IMG/VR virus record: IMGVR_UViG_3300026279_000387
Location: 1-49,491 of that record
Length of the DNA stretch: 49,491 bases
Source: a virus
Lineage: Duplodnaviria; Caudoviricetes
Direction: 5' to 3' (one strand)
Part shown: positions 18,235 to 29,600 of the stretch, piece by piece
How the letters are laid out: every line of letters begins with the position of its first letter
Position numbering within the stretch: position 1 is the first letter of the stretch
The notes under the pieces: generated by a model
What the model was told of the DNA's origin: nothing
Databases searched by the model: none
The model's input: only the letters and a program-made list of their open reading frames with translations
Translations under genes and position numbers: made by a program

Positions 18235-19725
18235 TTAAGAGGATTGTTTTCTGGCTGTAACTGTTCCCATTACTCTAGTCTTACCTGCAGGGCTGGCTGG
18301 TGCCGCCGATAACCCATCGTCATCACCGTCATCGAATGCTGTACCGTTAGTACTTAGGTTAAGTCTAGCTAGGTCTTTAGCCATGTAATTTCCACCTAAT
18401 TCTGGCGGAATAAATCTTAATTGAACTGGGTCATAAATTTGATCCATATAATATCCATCTGATGGATCATCACGTTCTTCTTCAGTTAGGTAACGCTTAA
18501 TTTGTTTACCTTCCCATTGTGCTGGTTTATCGTCAGGTGCTAATGGCAGTCTAACTTTCCATGGATCCCAACGTACTACTTTGGATAATTTAAATTTTGC
18601 ACCAGTACCAGCATCAGTAGTTGCTGTATTTGCCACATCTGTATGTGTTTGTGCTTCAAAAATATGTCTAGCATTAAAGGCATTACGTGTTCTTACACCT
18701 GTAATAACACCATCACCATCAACTTCTGTAACAATAATAGTAACATCAAGTGTTGGTTTTTCAGTTAATCCTAACGGTCCAAAAGTACCTTCGTTAATTA
18801 TACCTTCTGGACTTGCTGGATTATCACCTGGTAGTGTTCCTGATGGTCCACCAGTATGCGTATTACTCTCATCATAATGATCAAATCCGGGTCTCCAACC
18901 CATTGGTTGTAGAATATCATCAGGTTGTTCTAAATCTTCATCTTTAAAACCAAATACTGATTTATCAACAACAAATTTGTCGCCTGCTTTATAATCACTA
19001 CCGCCAGCTGTAATTTCAATTTTAAATGCCGCACCGTAAACTTCAGGAATATCTCTTAATTCTTTTCTATAATTTTCCCATTTTGTTTTAAGTGCAGTTG
19101 GTGTATCGTCTTGAATTTTATGATCACTTCCACTTAATTTAGACCAACGTGTATTTTTTAGTGAATACCAACTAACGTGTGGTTTTTTAAATGGTAGTGG
19201 AAATACCCAACTTCCGCCTAATCCTGTTTTAGGATCGTGTCCAGTTGGATTAAATTCTACATCATCTCTTTCGTATGTATGATCAGGTGTTGGTACTTTT
19301 GGTTGTATATGTACAAATGGTTTCCCGTCAACTGAATTAATTACAGGTAATTCTTCAATAGTTTGTTCTCTACCGTCAATTAATACTTGATCAACATCTG
19401 GCTCTAATAATTCACAGATTAATGGATTTTCGTTACAATCAATTAATACTTTATACGTATGTGCTGGTGGCATATAATCATCTTCAATGCCCCAAGGTCC
19501 TGGTGTTGAAGCAAGTTTGTTAGTTATCTTATCCATAAACACCCACATATGATCTGGGCCTCTATAACTATGCTGGCCTACTAAACCTAATTTTGTTGTT
19601 TGGTATAGATATTTGTCAGGCATATCATAACTAAATTGAATATCAATTTGAGGGAACTCTTTTGCATTAGGGTTTTCTGATTTATCTTGGTGTTCAAATC
19701 CGCTTATATCTGTAAATTTAGCCAT
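18235..19725 (-). CDS. Tail-fibre assembly chaperone-like protein with an inserted fibre repeat
   Basis: W..L...R...L..SD...WENYRKELRDIP chaperone-type motif; paralog of 21340..22077 (FSYDMPDKYL vs FTYDIPDEYL, PDHTYER vs PDHAYER). Confidence 0.65.
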   Translation of the reverse strand: MAKFTDISGFEHQDKSENPNAKEFPQIDIQFSYDMPDKYLYQTTKLGLVGQHSYRGPDHMWVFMDKITNKLASTPGPWGIEDDYMPPAHTYKVLIDCNENPLICELLEPDVDQVLIDGREQTIEELPVINSVDGKPFVHIQPKVPTPDHTYERDDVEFNPTGHDPKTGLGGSWVFPLPFKKPHVSWYSLKNTRWSKLSGSDHKIQDDTPTALKTKWENYRKELRDIPEVYGAAFKIEITAGGSDYKAGDKFVVDKSVFGFKDEDLEQPDDILQPMGWRPGFDHYDESNTHTGGPSGTLPGDNPASPEGIINEGTFGPLGLTEKPTLDVTIIVTEVDGDGVITGVRTRNAFNARHIFEAQTHTDVANTATTDAGTGAKFKLSKVVRWDPWKVRLPLAPDDKPAQWEGKQIKRYLTEEERDDPSDGYYMDQIYDPVQLRFIPPELGGNYMAKDLARLNLSTNGTAFDDGDDDGLSAAPASPAGKTRVMGTVTARKQSS

Positions 19726-19735
19726 TTATATTTTC

Positions 19736-20533
19736 CTAGTAATACAACACGTATATCGCGCCGCTTGCCCCTGGTGAACCACAACAACAACTTGCATATG
19801 ATTGTGAACTCGATCCAGCTCCGCCTGGCCATGAGCCAAACATATCGCCGCCTCGTGTACAACAACCATTTGGTCCCATTCTTGGTCCTGATTGTGCCAT
19901 TGGTGCAACTGGTATATATTGTAATCCTCTATCGCCACAATGTTGTGAACGTTGTGATGATCCTTTAATTCCTGAAATTCCAAAGTCAACGTTATTAGGT
20001 TGTTGTGAACAGTTATAACAGTTCATACAACAACTATAACATCCAAAGTATCCGTGACATTGTGAACAGTTAGTACAGATTCCACCACAAGCAGTTGCAC
20101 AAAAACAACTTAATCCTGATGGTGTTCCCATAACAAAAGTATTACAGCCAGTATAATTACTTGCACTAGGTCTGCAACATGTAGCCGCTCCTGCACACAT
20201 TGTAAATGTATCACCTGGTGAAACTGCTGAACTTTTAACAGCATAACTACCTGAGTCTGCTGGATAGCCTTGCATACAACAACATGATCCCATGCCTGAT
20301 GCGCCACCGCCCCACATTTCCCAAACTACATAGTTTGTACCTGCTGGTATTGTCCAGTGACAACATTTTCCGCCGTTACCTGTACAACAATATCTTCCTT
20401 GTGGTGGCATTCCGTGTGCTTGGCGTGGCCAAGCTTCGTTATGATCCCAATTCCATTCATAGGAAACTGTAAAGGCTTTCGGTGGAGCCGTTGTTTGATT
20501 ATATCCTGGTAAGTAATCTGTTAAAGTTGACAT
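19736..20533 (-). CDS. Cys/Gly-rich virion protein (paralog 3)
   Basis: WTIPAG...WEMWGGGASG Gly-rich fibre-type domain; 28 Cys in 265 aa (manual count). Confidence 0.75.
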   Translation of the reverse strand: MSTLTDYLPGYNQTTAPPKAFTVSYEWNWDHNEAWPRQAHGMPPQGRYCCTGNGGKCCHWTIPAGTNYVVWEMWGGGASGMGSCCCMQGYPADSGSYAVKSSAVSPGDTFTMCAGAATCCRPSASNYTGCNTFVMGTPSGLSCFCATACGGICTNCSQCHGYFGCYSCCMNCYNCSQQPNNVDFGISGIKGSSQRSQHCGDRGLQYIPVAPMAQSGPRMGPNGCCTRGGDMFGSWPGGAGSSSQSYASCCCGSPGASGAIYVLYY

Positions 20534-20549
20534 AATTTATAAACTTCCT

Positions 20550-21317
20550 TTAAATATCTGATGTATAGTAAACAACTACTAACCCTCCTGCTCCTGGTCC
20601 GCCACAATAACAAGGTGTATGACTACTTCCTGTTCCGCCACCCCCTCCTGGGAATGTTGCCGGGCCAGCATGTACTCTACCGTGTGTTTGATAGCAGTTA
20701 TCATGACTCATTCTAGCACCTGCTTGTGCCATCGGAGCCGATTGTGTTAATTGAAATGTTGAACTTGCACACATTGATGTTCCAGCGCCGCCGCCGTGGA
20801 ATCCACAAATTGCAAAATCTGCCCCTTGTACACATCCACATGAGTAAGTTGGGCATCCACAATATGTTCCAGAAGCCGCTCCAAAGTGACAATCTGATCT
20901 TCCATATCCGCCGCCTGATGCACATAGACAAAAATATGTTCCATCGCAACAACCAGTTGCCGAACATGCATAACTTCCACATCCTGGACAGCCTGTATTA
21001 GTAGGTCTACAACATCCTGCCGAGCCTGCACATAATATAAAACTAGATCCTGGTTTTACTTCGCCCATTTTACGACCGTAGCTACCTGAACCTCCACTAA
21101 ACCCTTGCATACAACAACAAACTCCGCCACCGTCACCGCCAGCTCCCCATACTTCAAAAGCCGCCCATGTCGTATCTGCTGGGACAGTCCAAGTACAATT
21201 ACAGCCTGGATTGCTATTTCTTGTTGTATCAAAACTACTGTGGAAGATATAAAGAGTTTTTAGGGATTTAGCCCCTTCGTCGCCGCCTAATTCTAGTAAT
21301 GTTCTTAATGCAGACAT
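20550..21317 (-). CDS. Cys/Gly-rich virion protein (paralog 2)
   Basis: WTVPAD...FEVWGAGGDGGGVCCC; 25 Cys in 255 aa (manual count). Confidence 0.75.
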   Translation of the reverse strand: MSALRTLLELGGDEGAKSLKTLYIFHSSFDTTRNSNPGCNCTWTVPADTTWAAFEVWGAGGDGGGVCCCMQGFSGGSGSYGRKMGEVKPGSSFILCAGSAGCCRPTNTGCPGCGSYACSATGCCDGTYFCLCASGGGYGRSDCHFGAASGTYCGCPTYSCGCVQGADFAICGFHGGGAGTSMCASSTFQLTQSAPMAQAGARMSHDNCYQTHGRVHAGPATFPGGGGGTGSSHTPCYCGGPGAGGLVVVYYTSDI

Positions 21318-21339
21318 TTAATTAATTTCTCCGTTAATC

Positions 21340-22077
21340 TTATAATTCATTTGGATCAGTATCTGTTCCTGGTGCTGGCGGATCAGCAAAGCCGCCTCTT
21401 GTTGGCTCTGTTGGAAATTTAACCATATGTGCTGGATATTCGTCTGCTTCGCCGCGTTTCCAAACTGTAGGCATATCTCTCATCTTTTTACGCCAATCAA
21501 TCCAAGGTTGTTTAACTGAATCTGGTTGATCAAATGATACTTTACCATCACTCATTGCTAATAAATCGTTTCTTAATTGAGTCATTGTACCCCAAGTAAC
21601 CCAAGGTTGTTTCCAAGTTAGTTCCCAGTCGCCGTCTCTGTGCATATTATCACCGTTAGTATTATCTACTGTTGCAGTCTCTGGTTTATATTTTATTAAT
21701 TCTCTTTCATAAGCGTGATCTGGATATGGAGGCCATGCATGAACATACGTTCCATAATCTTCTGGTAAATCAACTGATATATCTGTTTGGGTTAATGTAA
21801 CTGAGTGAGGTAAAAAGATTGCACAAATTAAAGTATCTGCACCTTTACAATCTAGTTCACATTTAACTTGCCCATCTGGTGCTGGCATTCCGTTGTCGTC
21901 CCAGTTTTCGTCAATTTGCATTGCGTCACTTTTGTTTTTATTCGACGCTTCGTCTACAAAAACCCATAATTTCTCTGGACCTGTATAAGAAGCTGTCGCG
22001 GTATTCCCATCAGCATTTGTTTGTGCCAAATACTCATCGGGTATATCGTATGTAAAATCTTTAGTAATTTGCTTCAT
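21340..22077 (-). CDS. Tail-fibre assembly chaperone-like protein
   Basis: LRNDLLAMSD...WIDWRKKMRDMP...FP motif; lies between the Cys-rich genes. Confidence 0.7.
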   Translation of the reverse strand: MKQITKDFTYDIPDEYLAQTNADGNTATASYTGPEKLWVFVDEASNKNKSDAMQIDENWDDNGMPAPDGQVKCELDCKGADTLICAIFLPHSVTLTQTDISVDLPEDYGTYVHAWPPYPDHAYERELIKYKPETATVDNTNGDNMHRDGDWELTWKQPWVTWGTMTQLRNDLLAMSDGKVSFDQPDSVKQPWIDWRKKMRDMPTVWKRGEADEYPAHMVKFPTEPTRGGFADPPAPGTDTDPNEL

Positions 22078-22099
22078 AATTTGTATCCTTATACCTTTA

Positions 22100-22107
22100 T
22101 ATTTATC
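22100..22107 (-). promoter_or_regulatory. Putative late promoter GATAAATA
   Basis: Intergenic exact copy upstream of the 245-aa gene. Confidence 0.7.
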
Positions 22108-22129
22108 ATTTCTTAGTTAGGTCCATATA

Positions 22130-22885
22130 TTAACTATATGATATTTTAACCATTCCTCCGGAGCTCCATTGTCCCCAACAACATCCTCCGCCACATGCTG
22201 TTGCACTAAAACTACCACCTGATGGATAATCATCTGAACAACCCCAACCACATCCTGTACAATACATTGGTGGTATACAAGAGTCTTTACCTTTTCTACT
22301 TGAACTAGTCTTAGGTCCTCCTCCTACTTGTTCCCACATTTGATTGTGACAGTAGTGAGTCATCATTGAACCATCACGTCCATGTCCAAAGCGTAAATCT
22401 CCCTGTACACGACTATCAATAACATGGCAACCATGACAACAATTGTAGGCATAAAGTCCGTGACACATTGTTTTGCCTCCGCACCCTGGACCTGCACATG
22501 TTGTAGGAATACTTGAGCCAGTAACGAAAGAAGTATAACCATTATACCCTAAACAATGAGCTTGACAACATGAGCCATTTCCTGCCGCACAAATTGTATA
22601 TACGTTACCTGCCAATGTTGTACCTGCCGCTGAAGTTACTGTACGAATTGCATACGAACCTCCGCCTGCACCTTGAACTGGCCATTGGCAACAACATGCG
22701 CCTGCGCCTGCTCCGCCTCCACCCCATAATTCAAAGGTTGCGTTTCTGATTCCAGCTGGTACCGTCCATCCACAACAACAACCGCCATTAGTTATGCCTC
22801 TGTTGTTATTATATACATAAAATATTTTGGTTGGTACCGAACTACCTCCGGTAACATCGCCTAGTAACGCACTTAAACTTGACAT
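22130..22885 (-). CDS. Cys/Gly-rich virion protein (paralog 1)
   Basis: CCCGWTVPAG...FELWGGGGAGAGACCC; 24 Cys in 251 aa (manual count). Confidence 0.75.
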   Translation of the reverse strand: MSSLSALLGDVTGGSSVPTKIFYVYNNNRGITNGGCCCGWTVPAGIRNATFELWGGGGAGAGACCCQWPVQGAGGGSYAIRTVTSAAGTTLAGNVYTICAAGNGSCCQAHCLGYNGYTSFVTGSSIPTTCAGPGCGGKTMCHGLYAYNCCHGCHVIDSRVQGDLRFGHGRDGSMMTHYCHNQMWEQVGGGPKTSSSRKGKDSCIPPMYCTGCGWGCSDDYPSGGSFSATACGGGCCWGQWSSGGMVKISYS

Positions 22886-22903
22886 TTACAATTTTCCTCT
22901 ATC

Positions 22904-23236
22904 TTAAGTACCAGACATTACCCAACCGTAAGTAGCACCTGTGTATATAAAGGTGATAGCTACGTTGTTAATGTTCATGGTTAAATCTTCATTCAAATTT
23001 TGGATCTTTGAGCCGTTTCTTGCTACAGTTAAATTATTACTTGAATAACTTCCTGTAGGATCGATAACTTGCACAACATCGTTTACCAACAACGATGCAT
23101 TAGCAGGCATAGTTAATGTCCATGCACCACCCGAAGTATTGGCTAAGACCCTTTCATTAACTTTAGCAGTATACGTAGTAGATTTCTCTACTATTACCGC
23201 ACTACTAGTTCCAGTTGTTGATATGTATCTTCCCAT
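22904..23236 (-). CDS. Small tail-fibre domain protein
   Basis: TLTMPA...D.VQVID..G....NNLTVARNGSKI...EDL...YTGATYGW resembles a module seen in T4-like fibre proteins. Confidence 0.65.
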   Translation of the reverse strand: MGRYISTTGTSSAVIVEKSTTYTAKVNERVLANTSGGAWTLTMPANASLLVNDVVQVIDPTGSYSSNNLTVARNGSKIQNLNEDLTMNINNVAITFIYTGATYGWVMSGT

Positions 23237-23268
23237 TGTGTTTTATCCTTTAACTAACTTGTTATATG

Positions 23269-23276
23269 TATTTATC
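23269..23276 (-). promoter_or_regulatory. Putative late promoter GATAAATA
   Basis: Intergenic exact copy. Confidence 0.7.
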
Positions 23277-23277
23277 A

Positions 23278-23598
23278 TTATACAGTCGATGTTTCAATAC
23301 CAAAACATACTGCACTTACACTTACGGCAGACGAATAAACTACAAGTATTTGCCCTGCCGATAATGCAATACCTGTTCTTTCCATGACACCCTTTGACAG
23401 TAACTCTACATCATACTCGATAAACTCACTTGCCAACGGAGTGGCACCGGTAGTTGTTGCAATTCTGATGGTAATTGCTGAATATCCTCTATTAACCATA
23501 TTCACACTAACAATTGCATTTGTGTTAGCAGGTACAGTATATAAAGAAGTGTAAGCACCTGCCGCCAAATCCGCGTGTCCTAATCTTCCTGTGGCCAT
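23278..23598 (-). CDS. Small (~106 aa) beta-rich virion protein
   Basis: LYTVPA...N motif; paralogous to 36300..36629 and 40257..40586. Confidence 0.7.
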   Translation of the reverse strand: MATGRLGHADLAAGAYTSLYTVPANTNAIVSVNMVNRGYSAITIRIATTTGATPLASEFIEYDVELLSKGVMERTGIALSAGQILVVYSSAVSVSAVCFGIETSTV

Positions 23599-23620
23599 TT
23601 TGTTTCTCCTTTAACCTTTC

Positions 23621-26600
23621 TTAACTTAGTAAAAACTGTTGCATTGCAACTGGGGCTCCACTAACTCCCCCAGAGAAGTGCATTACAGCAGTAGTATTTA
23701 TTAAAGCACCTGTCGTTGTAGTAATAGTGTTACCTTGAATATTAATTACTCCAGCTGTTACACTATTTACATTCAATTCAGAAGCACCGCCACCAATTTG
23801 GGACGTGATATATGTCTTAATTGCTCTTTGTGTTGGAACAATACTGTCACTATTTGCAGTAAAAGTACCGTCTGTACTAAATTCATTAATAACAGCGCCT
23901 GTACTACCTAATGCAACACTTCCTAATTGAAGTTCTTGTAAGCCTGATATACTAAATGCATCAGCATTTAGAGTAGCAATACCTGTAGCCTGTTCAACTG
24001 TAAACAAGTCGCCAACTCTAAAGTTACCGTCTTGGTCCGTTGATGTCATAAACACCCTACCGCCACCACTTTCAACAGTTTCATCTGTTTGATCTGATGG
24101 TGTAGCAGGTATTCCAGGATAGTTAGTGCTAGTAAAGTTACCAGTTCCTACATCCAAAAAGTCATGTCCCGTTAATCGAACTTGACTATATCGAATTCTT
24201 ATTTCTAATTTTTCACCGTGTCCAGGCGAATTTGGAATTTCTATATTTGGACTTAATTGTAATAGTGCTGAGTATGGTCCACTACCATTTAAGTTCGTTA
24301 CAGATACAAGTTTATACCAAGTATTTGTATTTGTAGTAAATTGTACATTTGATCCTGCTTGTGGTATTGATAACATACCTTCAACTTGAACATATTTTCC
24401 ATCTTGTTTTTGATCTCTATATCCAGCGCCAGTATTAGCAGTACCGCCTGATATATACGCAGAGAAAGTAGTTCCTACAGCTGGCCATAATAAATCTTTA
24501 TCTACAAACAGCCTTAATGTATCAACATCAACAACATCAACATAATATGAATTAGCATTAAGTTGATTTGTACCTACTATTTCTGTTATTGCAACTTTAT
24601 CTCTAGCATTCATATTATGTCCTGTAACTGTAATATCTACTATACCGTTACTACCGTTAGTTGGAAGAACTGATAGTCCATGTTGTACAACTTGTGTAAT
24701 AATACTAATTAATTCACCTGTTTTAGTAACAGACGCCGCTTCACCGTTATTAGCATTTGTAGTTTGTGATGTAACTGACTGTAGTGAAGAATGTGCAGTA
24801 TTAGTTAAAATATAAGTTACAATAATATCTCTCATTTGCTCGTATGCTTCAACTATTTGAGCTCTTTCACCTCCAACAAATCTTTCACCTATCCAATATG
24901 TTCTAGCTGATCTAATAGTTTCTGAGTTACTACCATATTTTAAATCATGTACAAATGCATCGACCAAGTATCCTACATCTCTTTCACACTTAATTGCATC
25001 ATGAACAAATCCTCCCCACATACTTGGTGAGCCACTTGCTATTTGTTGTGTAATCCATGCATTAACTTCATCTTTAACATACTCTTTATTTGCTTCAAGT
25101 AACACTACTGCATATGGATTAGCTGTGTATGAAACTCCTGCAATAGTTTTGTCAGTACCTGCATCAGCCACTGTAGCTGTTACAGTTGTAAATCCTGTTC
25201 CTGCATCAGTAAAAGTAGGTTGTGTTAAAACACCGTCGCCAATAAAGACTTCATAAAGTGCATCTGCTGTATTATTAGGATCAGTAAATGTTACTGTTGG
25301 AGTTGCTGTATAAGAAGAACCTGGATTAAAAATTCTAACCTCAGTTATTTTTCCATCAACAACTTTTGCTCTTGCTTGGGCTTGAACTGAACTTGTTGAT
25401 CCATCACCGCTTGGTGCTGAAAACGTTACTCTCGGTTCAACTTGATATGTTGTTGTGTTATCTAATAATGTTTCAATAGCTGTACCACTAATCATGTGAT
25501 CCCAACCAGCAGTATCATCGCTTGGTTTTTTAACTGTAGCAATTTTTGTTCCAGCATTATATGTGTCGATGTATGCAATCTGACCTGCACCTTTACCACT
25601 AGTAATAACAATTGCCATTCCTATGTATGCGTTACTCAATGCTGTATCAGTATTTGATAAAGTAATTTGTGTATCAGTTCCAGCTTGAATTGAATTTCCA
25701 GATGTAATATAATCTTTACCACCAAATGTACTTGAGTTACCAGTTAATCTAACTTGCATAACTCCGCCAGTAACTGTTACTGGAGTTATACCTGCTAGTC
25801 CATAACCATCACCTGAGAATGAATACGTTGTTGTTCCTGGAGTATAATCTCGTCCAGCATTAGTATATTCAAGTGCAATAATTTTATTATTATCAACTAT
25901 TATGCCACCAACTGATGCCGCGTAACTTCTGTTGTCAACGTATGCTTCAATGGCATTTTCTGTTAAATCAACTCTTTCAGATACTGATCCAAAATCACCA
26001 TAAGAGTTATTTCCGTTTGTAGCACGGATCTTACCGCCAGCTTCTGTTAAGTATCCTATATGTCCATAATATGTAAAGACCGAAACAAGTTCAGCTCTAC
26101 CTAAGTTAGTAACCCAAATTGCAATTCCATCATCAATAATTTGTGTAAAGTCGTTTGCTACAATTGAGTCATTACCGCCTGCATGTAATTCGCCATCTAC
26201 TTTAGCACCAACACATTTTGTACCTATTGTAGTAACATTTTGTATATAAGGTGATTTTAACGTAATCCAAGTTGATTTATCATTTGTACCCCAACCTGGA
26301 TCTAGTGAAATAAATGCACCTGCTGTTGGGCGTTTAGTTCCATAAGTATTTGTAATTCCAGTTGATACATATTCAAAATCACTTATACTTTTCGATTCTG
26401 ATACAGCGTATGTAATTTTTTGTACAGTACCTCCACTAACATAATTATGTACTAGTGTACTTTTGTCCATACCAACAACAAATGTATTTGCATCCGGAAC
26501 ATCATAAACATAAAATATTCCTGAATCTTGTGTTGCATCTGGAAATACTTTTTCTGATACACCGCCACTTGAAGTACAATTAACTAATATACTTTGAAGT

Positions 26601-29600
26601 TTAACATAATCTCCAACTGCTAATCCGTGTGTACTAGAAGTAACAGTTGTGTATCCAGAAGTATTAATGTAACTAAATGCACTAACGTCTGTTGCACTAC
26701 CTACATTTGTAACAACTGCTTTTTTAACTGTACCGCCACTAACATAAGTATGAACTGTATTACTTGTTGGCAGGAAGAAATTAATTTCGCTATTACTTGG
26801 TTTTCTAGTTACAGGATAAACTCCTGAATATGGCATCTGTGGATAAATTTTAGTTCCATAAGAACAAGTTAATGTAATACCATATAAGTTTACAGTATCT
26901 GATGCTGACAAACTATGTGTTGCTGTAGTAACTGTAGCAATACCGGTTCCTTCATTATAAACAAACCCTGTAATTGCAAGTCTTGAGTTATCAGCTTTTT
27001 TAACTGTACCACCACTAACATAAGTGTGTGCAGTACTGCTTGTTCCTATATTAATTTCAAACGCTGTTCCAGTTAATCCTGATCCAAGTACTGTGAAACT
27101 TGTAGTATTTGAAACAATAGGATATGTTTTATTTCCTGATGGACAACTAACTAATATATCTCTTAATTCTACTAATTCATTTACATCTCTATTATGTGGA
27201 GCCGATGTTGTAACACTTGCTCTGTAAAATGTACCTGTTAATCCTTTAACAGTCATATTTCTTACGCCGGTTCCGTTTTGAACATAGAACATGTCTTCTT
27301 TTTCACAGCCGGTTGTCGCGTTTGCAATCCAACGTCCGTATAGTGTTGATTTATAATTACCGTAATTTTCTAAGTCGTATATAACTGAATCAAGATAATG
27401 TTTTACATCTGTTTTACATTTTGCATCTTTAGTAAAATCATAAGTGCTAGTGTGGTTTGTTTTTAACCATGCTACTACTTCGTCAGCAATAAAATCTTTA
27501 TTTTCAAGAATTCTTAATCTTGCATCAACATATCCTTGTGTTGAATCTCTGCCAGACTTACCAGTTACTTTAGGAAGTGTGCCTACACCAAATACTTTAA
27601 CATTAATTGTATCATGAATATCTTGAATTAATGCTTGTGCTTGTGTACCTGCCGCGGCTGATCCTGCCGGTAATGCTACGTCTTGTGTTTGTGTGTTACC
27701 AGCATCAATTGTTGCAACATTCATTGTGAATGCCGCCGCTCCGCCACTACCTAAGTTAGCATCTGCAATTGTAATTGTGTGTCCTACACTATGTCCTGAT
27801 CCACCAGTAGCAACTGTAACTGTACAAGCACCTGAACCATCAACAACAATGTTAAATGTTCCTACTGTACCAGCTCCACTTGATGTACCTGTTACACCAT
27901 TATAAGTTCCTGCTGTTCTACTTGCATCAGCGGCACCTAATGTACCCATTGTTAAGTGAGCACCTGCTGGTGTTTTTGTAAATGCACTATTAGTACAAAT
28001 ATTATCAATGAGCCCTTTAACGTGTGTTAATCCGTTAAGTGACTGTGTTACATGAGCTGTACTTTGTGTAGCATCTCCTGATTTCAATGCATTGATTTCT
28101 GTTGAACGTAATTCATCTCCAACAACTGCACAATGTTCTGGAACAATCATTGGTAATACTTCTTTATAAATTCCTGTTTTTACAAATAATGTATCATAAG
28201 GTTTTACTTCAGTTGATAAAGCATCAGTATTACCAGCTGTAATAACATCAGTAATTATTTTTGCTAATGCTTGAATAGTTGTATAAACTCCAGCTTCAAC
28301 ATTTTTTGTTGCATCAATTTTTTGTATAACTTGTGATCCACCTGCAACACCGTTTGTTGTTTGATAATTTATTGCTGGTGCTAAGTTTCTAATAGTAGTA
28401 TCAATAATTGATACAGCGTAATTAATTACATCAACTGTTTGTGTTGTTTGTCCTGAAATATAACTTGCGCCAGCCGTTGTAAAGAATGATTTAGCCGCTT
28501 CACGTGTACGTACATTTCCGCCATGTCCAATATCATAAAGCATAGCATCTATGATAATTCCTATATCACGTTCACATTTTGCCGCATCATGTGAATATCC
28601 TGTACTAAATGGTGCTGAGTTATTTGCTATTTTCCAAGCAACATATTGTATACCAGCTTCTTCACTAATAAATGCTTTATTGCGTTTTAATAAAATTGCA
28701 CCGTCTGGATTTCTAGGACCTTTTCTAATTTCGTTTAATGCGTATCTAGTTGACTTCCAAGGTTTGTCAAGAGTTGTACCATCTATAGGAGCAATTCCAT
28801 CGTTACCAGCAGGACCAACATAATAAACATGATCGACAGCACCAAAGTATGCCCATTCTGGAGCGTCACCTGCCGCATTAACTTTTAATACCTGTCCAGC
28901 TGTTCCAACTGGCAATCTAACAGGACCTGATCCACCGTAGTAAACTATATCACCAGCAGTAGTTAGGTTTCCTGATTCAACACCACCTGATAATAATTTC
29001 CAGTAAGTGCCTGTAGCATCTTGATCTGGTCTATTTTGTGTCGTAACTTCATCAGCTGTATGTTCTAGTACACAAATATAAGAGTTAGTTCCTGCCGCGC
29101 CTCTTACAGAATCACCTTGATCATAATAGGCTCCGTTTGCCCAGGCGTCTTTCCATTTAATTCCTGAGTTTAATCTTTCCCAATAAGTTGCGTTAGGTGG
29201 TCTATTACCTGTTGAGTTTGCTTTACAAAGATATGTATAACCACCAACTCTAACAACGTCGCCTGTTTTATAAGCAGTAGCATTATCATAGTCGCCCTGC
29301 ATACTAAAGCCAGTTGTAAATAAATCCCAAGTTCCTGGATTACCAAATGGTACAACGTTTGAGTTGTTTATTGTTGCAATATAAGAGTAACCACCGTATG
29401 TTACAAAGTCACCTGGTTGATAACTAGTTGCATTAGACCAACTGTCTTCAAATTCTAATCCTGGAACAAATTCAGTCCATAATGTAACAGTTGTAATTGT
29501 TGCAACATTAAATGTAAGTACTGCACCTGATCCACCAATTTGTGTAGCTGGAATTGAAATTACATCAGTTGCTACATGACCAAATCCGCCATGTACTAAT

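Noticed and set aside
20050-22445. CxxCH heme-c-like motifs (CSQCH, CHGCH) in two Cys-rich paralogs
   Set aside because: The motif is absent from the third paralog, is not clearly at equivalent positions, and is expected by chance at about 10% Cys; there is no signal peptide for periplasmic heme attachment.
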